From an uncultured Clostridium sp. (GTDB taxonomy: Bacteria; Bacillota; Clostridia; Lachnospirales; Lachnospiraceae), in contig USBM01000001.1 of assembly GCA_900552885.1 (NCBI GenBank), forward strand, positions 1-31,437: a stretch of 31,437 nucleotides of DNA, written 5' to 3'. The position numbers and the translations under genes are program-made. This document shows, piece after piece, positions 27,205 to 31,437 of this stretch. Within the stretch, counting starts at the first letter, position 1. Each line of letters starts with the position of its first letter. The notes under the pieces were generated by a model that was not told where the DNA came from, ran no database searches, and saw nothing but the letters and a program-made list of their open reading frames with translations.

Positions 27205-28551
27205 ATGAAAGATTTAACAAAAGGATATCCGGCAAAAGTAATATTGATGTTTGCCATCCCGCTGATGTGCAGCAGCATTTTGCAGCAGTTATATAACATG
27301 GTAGACAGTAAGATCGTGAGTGCGTATGTGGGTACGGCGGCATTTGCAGCGGTCGGTGCAACGAGTGTGGTGTCGAACACGCTGATCGGATTCATCAATG
27401 GTCTGACGCAGGGATTTGCGATATTAGTGGCAAACAGCTTTGGAGCAAAGGATGACAAGCGGATGCGCAATTCAGTGGCTGGTACACTGATCTTAACAAC
27501 CGGGATCACCATTGTGCTGACGGTGGCGGGACTTATGCTGATCCGCCCGATTCTTGCAGTGTTGCACACACCGGATGATATTATGGAGAATGCAGTGTCT
27601 TATGTGCGGATCATTCTGGCAGGAATGGCATTTACGGCACTTTATAATGTATTTGCAAACATATTGCGGGCGGTCGGAGACAGTAAGACCCCTCTTTATT
27701 GCCTGACCTTTGCGGTCATTTTAAATGTCGGTCTGGATCTTTTGTTTGTCTCAGTGTTTGACTGGGGAATCCGGGGTGCCGCTTATGCGACCATCGTAGC
27801 ACAGGCAATCTCCGGTTTTCTCTGTATGGCATATGTTCTTGTCCGCTTCCGGAATCTGCTGCCGGAACGTGCAGAATGGAAGGTTTCCGGAGAAATGTAT
27901 TCGGATCTGACAACGACCGGGCTTGCTATGGGATTGATGGGATGTATCGTGAACATTGGAACGATCATTTTGCAAAGTGCGATCAATGGACTGGGAACTT
28001 CAATTGTTGCGGCACATACAGCAGCAAGGCGGCTGTTTGATATTCTGATGATCTTAATCTATACAGTAGGTCTTGCCATGACAACGTATGTCAGCCAGAA
28101 TGCAGGTGCGGGACGGATTGACCGTATCCGGCAGGGTGTGTGGCATGCACATATTGTATCAACAGCGATCAGCACGTTGATGATCGTACTGTGTTATCTG
28201 ATCGCACGTCCGGTGATCGAATGGCTGACCAGCAGTACGGATCCTGCAATTGTCGACCCGGCGGTGTTCTATCTGAAGTTTGGTGTGTGGTTCTTCTATG
28301 CATTGGGACCATTATTTATACTACGATGTACATTGCAGGGAATGGGGTGCAAGATCATACCGATCTGTTCAAGCGTTCTGGAAATGTTGGTTAAGATTGT
28401 ATCCGCAGCAATTCTTGTACCGCACTTACAATATTTTGGAGTAGTTCTGACAGAGCCAGTCAGCTGGGTACTTATGACAACGCTTCTTGCGATTGGATAT
28501 TTGTTGAATTCGCCGCAGAAGGTACTGGGGAAAGTTGGGGATAATGAGTAA
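27205..28551 (+). CDS. MATE family efflux transporter
   Basis: AGGAG RBS gives MKDLTKG start; QQLYNMVD, RAVGDSKTPL, NVGLDLLF, GIRGAAYAT, SQNAGAG. Confidence 0.95.
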   Translation: MKDLTKGYPAKVILMFAIPLMCSSILQQLYNMVDSKIVSAYVGTAAFAAVGATSVVSNTLIGFINGLTQGFAILVANSFGAKDDKRMRNSVAGTLILTTGITIVLTVAGLMLIRPILAVLHTPDDIMENAVSYVRIILAGMAFTALYNVFANILRAVGDSKTPLYCLTFAVILNVGLDLLFVSVFDWGIRGAAYATIVAQAISGFLCMAYVLVRFRNLLPERAEWKVSGEMYSDLTTTGLAMGLMGCIVNIGTIILQSAINGLGTSIVAAHTAARRLFDILMILIYTVGLAMTTYVSQNAGAGRIDRIRQGVWHAHIVSTAISTLMIVLCYLIARPVIEWLTSSTDPAIVDPAVFYLKFGVWFFYALGPLFILRCTLQGMGCKIIPICSSVLEMLVKIVSAAILVPHLQYFGVVLTEPVSWVLMTTLLAIGYLLNSPQKVLGKVGDNE

Positions 28552-28721
28552 GATGGCAGGCGGGTGTTCTGGCAGGAAAAGACGCGAATGAACTTTACGC
28601 CGTATGTTCATACTTATTTAATAAATATGTGATATGATGCAAGGGTCAATAGCAGATAGCAATGTATGTTACAAATTGCTATCTGTTAACTTGTAAAGAG
28701 ATATACAAAGAGGTGATAAAC

Positions 28722-29474
28722 GTGTTGACACAAGATAATATACAGCTTCCGAGTTTGCGGGAGAAAGAAGATGACGTGCCGGTGATCACCGGGGATATTA
28801 TGGAAGAATTGAAGATCCTGATGCAGCATTCGCAGGCATTTCAGGAGATGCAGATGATGTACGCATGTGCGATACGGGAAGTGCGGACAAAGGCAGAGGT
28901 ACTGAATGACGAGATGTCCGTGCGGTATCACAGGAATCCGATCAGCAGCATTTCATCGAGAGTGAAGAAGCCGGAGAGTATTGCACAGAAGTTAGTGAAG
29001 AAAGGGTTGCCATTTACGGTAGAGGCAATTATGACGAATCTGTCGGATGTGGCAGGTGTGCGTATTATCTGTGAATTTATTGATGATATCTATACTATTG
29101 CAGCAATGCTTGCGATGCAGGATGACTTGAAGCTTATTAAGATCAAGGATTATATCAAGTATCCGAAGCCGAATGGTTACCGGAGTTATCATATGATCGT
29201 GGAGATTCCGGTATTCTTTTCTAAGGGTAAGACACCGATGCGGGTTGAGATTCAGATCCGGACGATCGCAATGGATTTCTGGGCAAGCTTAGATCATGAG
29301 CTGAAGTACAAGAAGAATATTGATCCGGAAGATGAGGAAATGATCGCACAGGAATTGTTGTCATGTGCAGACCGGATTGCAGAGACGGATACGATCATGC
29401 AGCAGATCCGTATGAAGTTAGATTCTGTGCAGGAAGATAAAGCCAAAGCGGAGATAGTGATTCAGGATCAGTAG
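28722..29474 (+). CDS. Small alarmone synthetase / GTP pyrophosphokinase (RelQ/RelP-like)
   Basis: GAGGTGA RBS gives GTG 28722; SRVKKPESI, DVAGVRI, KPNGYRSYH, EIQIRTIAMDFWASL. Confidence 0.93.
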   Translation: MLTQDNIQLPSLREKEDDVPVITGDIMEELKILMQHSQAFQEMQMMYACAIREVRTKAEVLNDEMSVRYHRNPISSISSRVKKPESIAQKLVKKGLPFTVEAIMTNLSDVAGVRIICEFIDDIYTIAAMLAMQDDLKLIKIKDYIKYPKPNGYRSYHMIVEIPVFFSKGKTPMRVEIQIRTIAMDFWASLDHELKYKKNIDPEDEEMIAQELLSCADRIAETDTIMQQIRMKLDSVQEDKAKAEIVIQDQ

Positions 29475-29601
29475 ACAAGTTGTTATGAATGAGAAGAAGA
29501 CAATTGGCATACGATATTTGGTGTATGGTAACTGACATATGGATGGTAAGCAGATAAGGATGCATAAGAATATAGATGAAGAACCATAGAAAGGACAGGA
29601 G

Positions 29602-30237
29602 ATGGAGAAGCTAGGCATTATATTTGATATGGATGGAACTCTTTGGGATTCTGCAAAGGCAGTAGCTGAAAGCTGGACGGAAGTCGTAGCAAGAGAATAT
29701 ACCCCGGAGCGCGTGATAACAGAAGACGAGATTAAGCGTGTAATGGGACTTACAATGGATAAGCTGGCAGCACAGATCTTTCCGGAATTGTCAGAAAGCC
29801 GTCGCCTGCAATTGTTAGATGTCTGCGGCAGGGAAGAGAATGAATACTTAAGAACGCATGGTGCAATCGTATATCCGAAGGTTGAAGAGACCTTTCAGAG
29901 ATTAAAAGAAAAGTATCATCTGTATATTGTAAGTAATTGTCAGTCCGGTTATATTGAGGCATTTTTAGAATATTACGGATATGGAAGATATATTGAAGAT
30001 ATCGAGTGTTACGGCAATAACGGACTGGTAAAAGGAGACAATATCCGTAAGGTGGTGGAACGGAATTATCTTACAAAAGCAGTCTACGTTGGAGATATCC
30101 AGGGCGATTATGATGCAAGTATGCAGGCAGGAGTGGAATTCATTCATGCCGGATACGGATTTGGAACAGTGGATGCGAATGTGCCGGAGATTACAGCATT
30201 TGAGGAATTGCCGAAGGTGGTGGAATCGGTACTGTAG
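29602..30237 (+). CDS. HAD-superfamily hydrolase (phosphoglycolate phosphatase-like)
   Basis: FDMDGTLWDS, IVSN, K, YVGD..GD, GYGFG. Confidence 0.93.
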   Translation: MEKLGIIFDMDGTLWDSAKAVAESWTEVVAREYTPERVITEDEIKRVMGLTMDKLAAQIFPELSESRRLQLLDVCGREENEYLRTHGAIVYPKVEETFQRLKEKYHLYIVSNCQSGYIEAFLEYYGYGRYIEDIECYGNNGLVKGDNIRKVVERNYLTKAVYVGDIQGDYDASMQAGVEFIHAGYGFGTVDANVPEITAFEELPKVVESVL

Positions 30238-30308
30238 GAGCAGAGATAACGTCGTTAGATACTTTTGATACAATCAGGATTCTTTTGAAGGATTTTTTGA
30301 AATAAACG

Positions 30309-30373
30309 AATACCCGCAAATTGAGGAGAGAAACACATTGGCATACCCGCAATTTGCGGGTGTTGTTCTTTTT
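30309..30373 (+). terminator. Terminator-like stem with a duplicated 5' arm
   Basis: ATACCCGCAA at 30310 and 30343, both complementary to TTGCGGGTGT; T-rich tail follows. Confidence 0.6.
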
Positions 30374-30506
30374 GTAAGACATGAAAAACATAACATAATT
30401 TATGAAAAGATGCCTGTTACGGATGATTGAAAGGAAAATCATTCTATTGCATTAAGAAAAGAAAGTAAAATGCAGTCAAAAAGCAATACAAACAGGTTTT
30501 TTGCAT

Positions 30507-30534
30507 TTGAAAAGTAAGTCGAACTTCTATATAG
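30507..30534 (+). promoter_or_regulatory. Sigma-A promoter for sdaAB
   Basis: TTGAAA-16 bp-TATAGT. Confidence 0.5.
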
Positions 30535-30570
30535 TAGGTCTAAACAATTCGGACGAAAGAGGGATTGCGT

Positions 30571-31254
30571 ATGAATATTATGGATATAATCGGACCGGTC
30601 ATGGTAGGACCGTCGAGTTCCCATACGGCGGGGGCAGTTAAGATCGGGCAGGTAGCACGTAAACTGTTAGGTGAATCGGTTCGCAAGGCAGACATTTATC
30701 TGCATGGTTCTTTTTTGGCTACCGGCAAAGGACATGGTACGGACAAGGCATTGATTGCCGGGCTGCTTGGCATGGCGGTGGATGACAAACGGATTCCGGA
30801 CAGCTTTGAACTTGCAAAGTCAAAGGGGATGCATTTTCAGTTTGAGGGGATTGAGCTGGTTGATGCGCACCCGAATACCGTGAAGATGAACTTAGAGGGG
30901 CAGTCCGGACGAAAGTTAGAGATCATTGCCAGTTCCATTGGTGGCGGTCAGATCCGAATCTGCGAGATTGACGGACTGACGGCGAATTTTACCGGTGATT
31001 TCCCGACTTTGATCGTGCATAATCTTGATCAGCCGGGGCATGTTACGGAAGTGACCTCCATGTTGGCTCATAAATCAGTGAACATTGCAACGATGCAGCT
31101 ATATCGTGATTCCCGCGGTGGCAATGCAGTTATGGTCATCGAATGTGATCAGGAGATTCCGGCAGATTCCATCCGTTGGCTGGAACACCTCGAGGGAATC
31201 GTGAAGGTCACTTATCTAAGTCTCGAAGACGGACTGACCAGTGACAAAGTCTGA
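30571..31254 (+). CDS. sdaAB: L-serine dehydratase, iron-sulfur-dependent, beta subunit
   Basis: DIIGPVMVGPSSSHTAGA, TGKGHGTD, HPNT, SIGGG, C-terminal ACT domain (DQPG..VNIATM). Confidence 0.97.
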   Translation: MNIMDIIGPVMVGPSSSHTAGAVKIGQVARKLLGESVRKADIYLHGSFLATGKGHGTDKALIAGLLGMAVDDKRIPDSFELAKSKGMHFQFEGIELVDAHPNTVKMNLEGQSGRKLEIIASSIGGGQIRICEIDGLTANFTGDFPTLIVHNLDQPGHVTEVTSMLAHKSVNIATMQLYRDSRGGNAVMVIECDQEIPADSIRWLEHLEGIVKVTYLSLEDGLTSDKV

Positions 31255-31258
31255 CGCA

Positions 31259-31437
31259 CTTCTACAGCGTAAGTCTCCGGCTGATGTGGGCGCATGCCTG
31301 AAGGTTATGATCCGGTGCTTCGAAGGTGTCATGATGGTGCAGGCACGCTCGCGCTACGACTCGCACGCAGCAGTACTAAGGTTCGCGATTCTATCGCTCA
31401 CCGAGTGCTGGCGTGCTCCACGTACCTGCACTCATTC
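31259..31437. mobile_element. Second, inverted copy of the 9584-10077 hairpin element, truncated by the window end
   Basis: Starts CTTCTACAGCGTAAGTC (identical to 9586-9602); 31290-31437 matches the reverse complement of ~9894-10042 with about 9 differences by eye. Confidence 0.8.

Noticed and set aside
28722..30237. toxSAS toxin-antitoxin pair (synthetase + HAD)
   Set aside because: The synthetase looks like a housekeeping RelQ/RelP type; the HAD gene is 127 bp away and is not an HD-domain alarmone hydrolase
30411..30475. Possible gene remnant (ATG ATT GAA AGG AAA ATC...) upstream of sdaAB
   Set aside because: Only ~10 codons; too short to support
15520..31254. Scattered odd-looking residues (e.g. 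TetR LFRCY, MFP LPEFAT) as a sign of hypermutation or decay
   Set aside because: Cannot be judged without orthologue alignments; no frameshifts or premature stops seen

Overview
A 31.4-kb chromosomal segment from a low-GC Firmicute; the gene content and style suggest a Lachnospiraceae-like gut clostridium (inference). From 5' to 3' it holds: (1) a tightly overlapping exosortase-G/Firmicu-CTERM operon (QueD/PTPS-like x2, Firmicu-CTERM target, XrtG, QxxRW-type GT2, a membrane protein with a degenerate GGDEF-like domain, and a GT-C-like PTPS-related membrane protein), in which the XrtG catalytic Cys codon reads Arg; (2) a divergent GH1 beta-glucosidase / AraC pair, whose ~950-bp intergenic region contains three ~200-250-nt rod-like hairpins, two of them forming a 494-bp unit with 17/19 terminal inverted repeats that recurs, inverted and truncated by the window edge, right after sdaAB; (3) an ATPase-less five-gene operon mixing importer parts (large solute-binding lipoprotein, two CUT1 permeases) with exporter parts (membrane-fusion protein, MacB-like protein); (4) an amidase, TetR, a ~2100-aa mosaic surface protein, MATE, a small alarmone synthetase, a HAD hydrolase and sdaAB. 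No tRNA, rRNA, CRISPR array or transposase was seen. All family assignments are from motif recognition by eye, not database searches.
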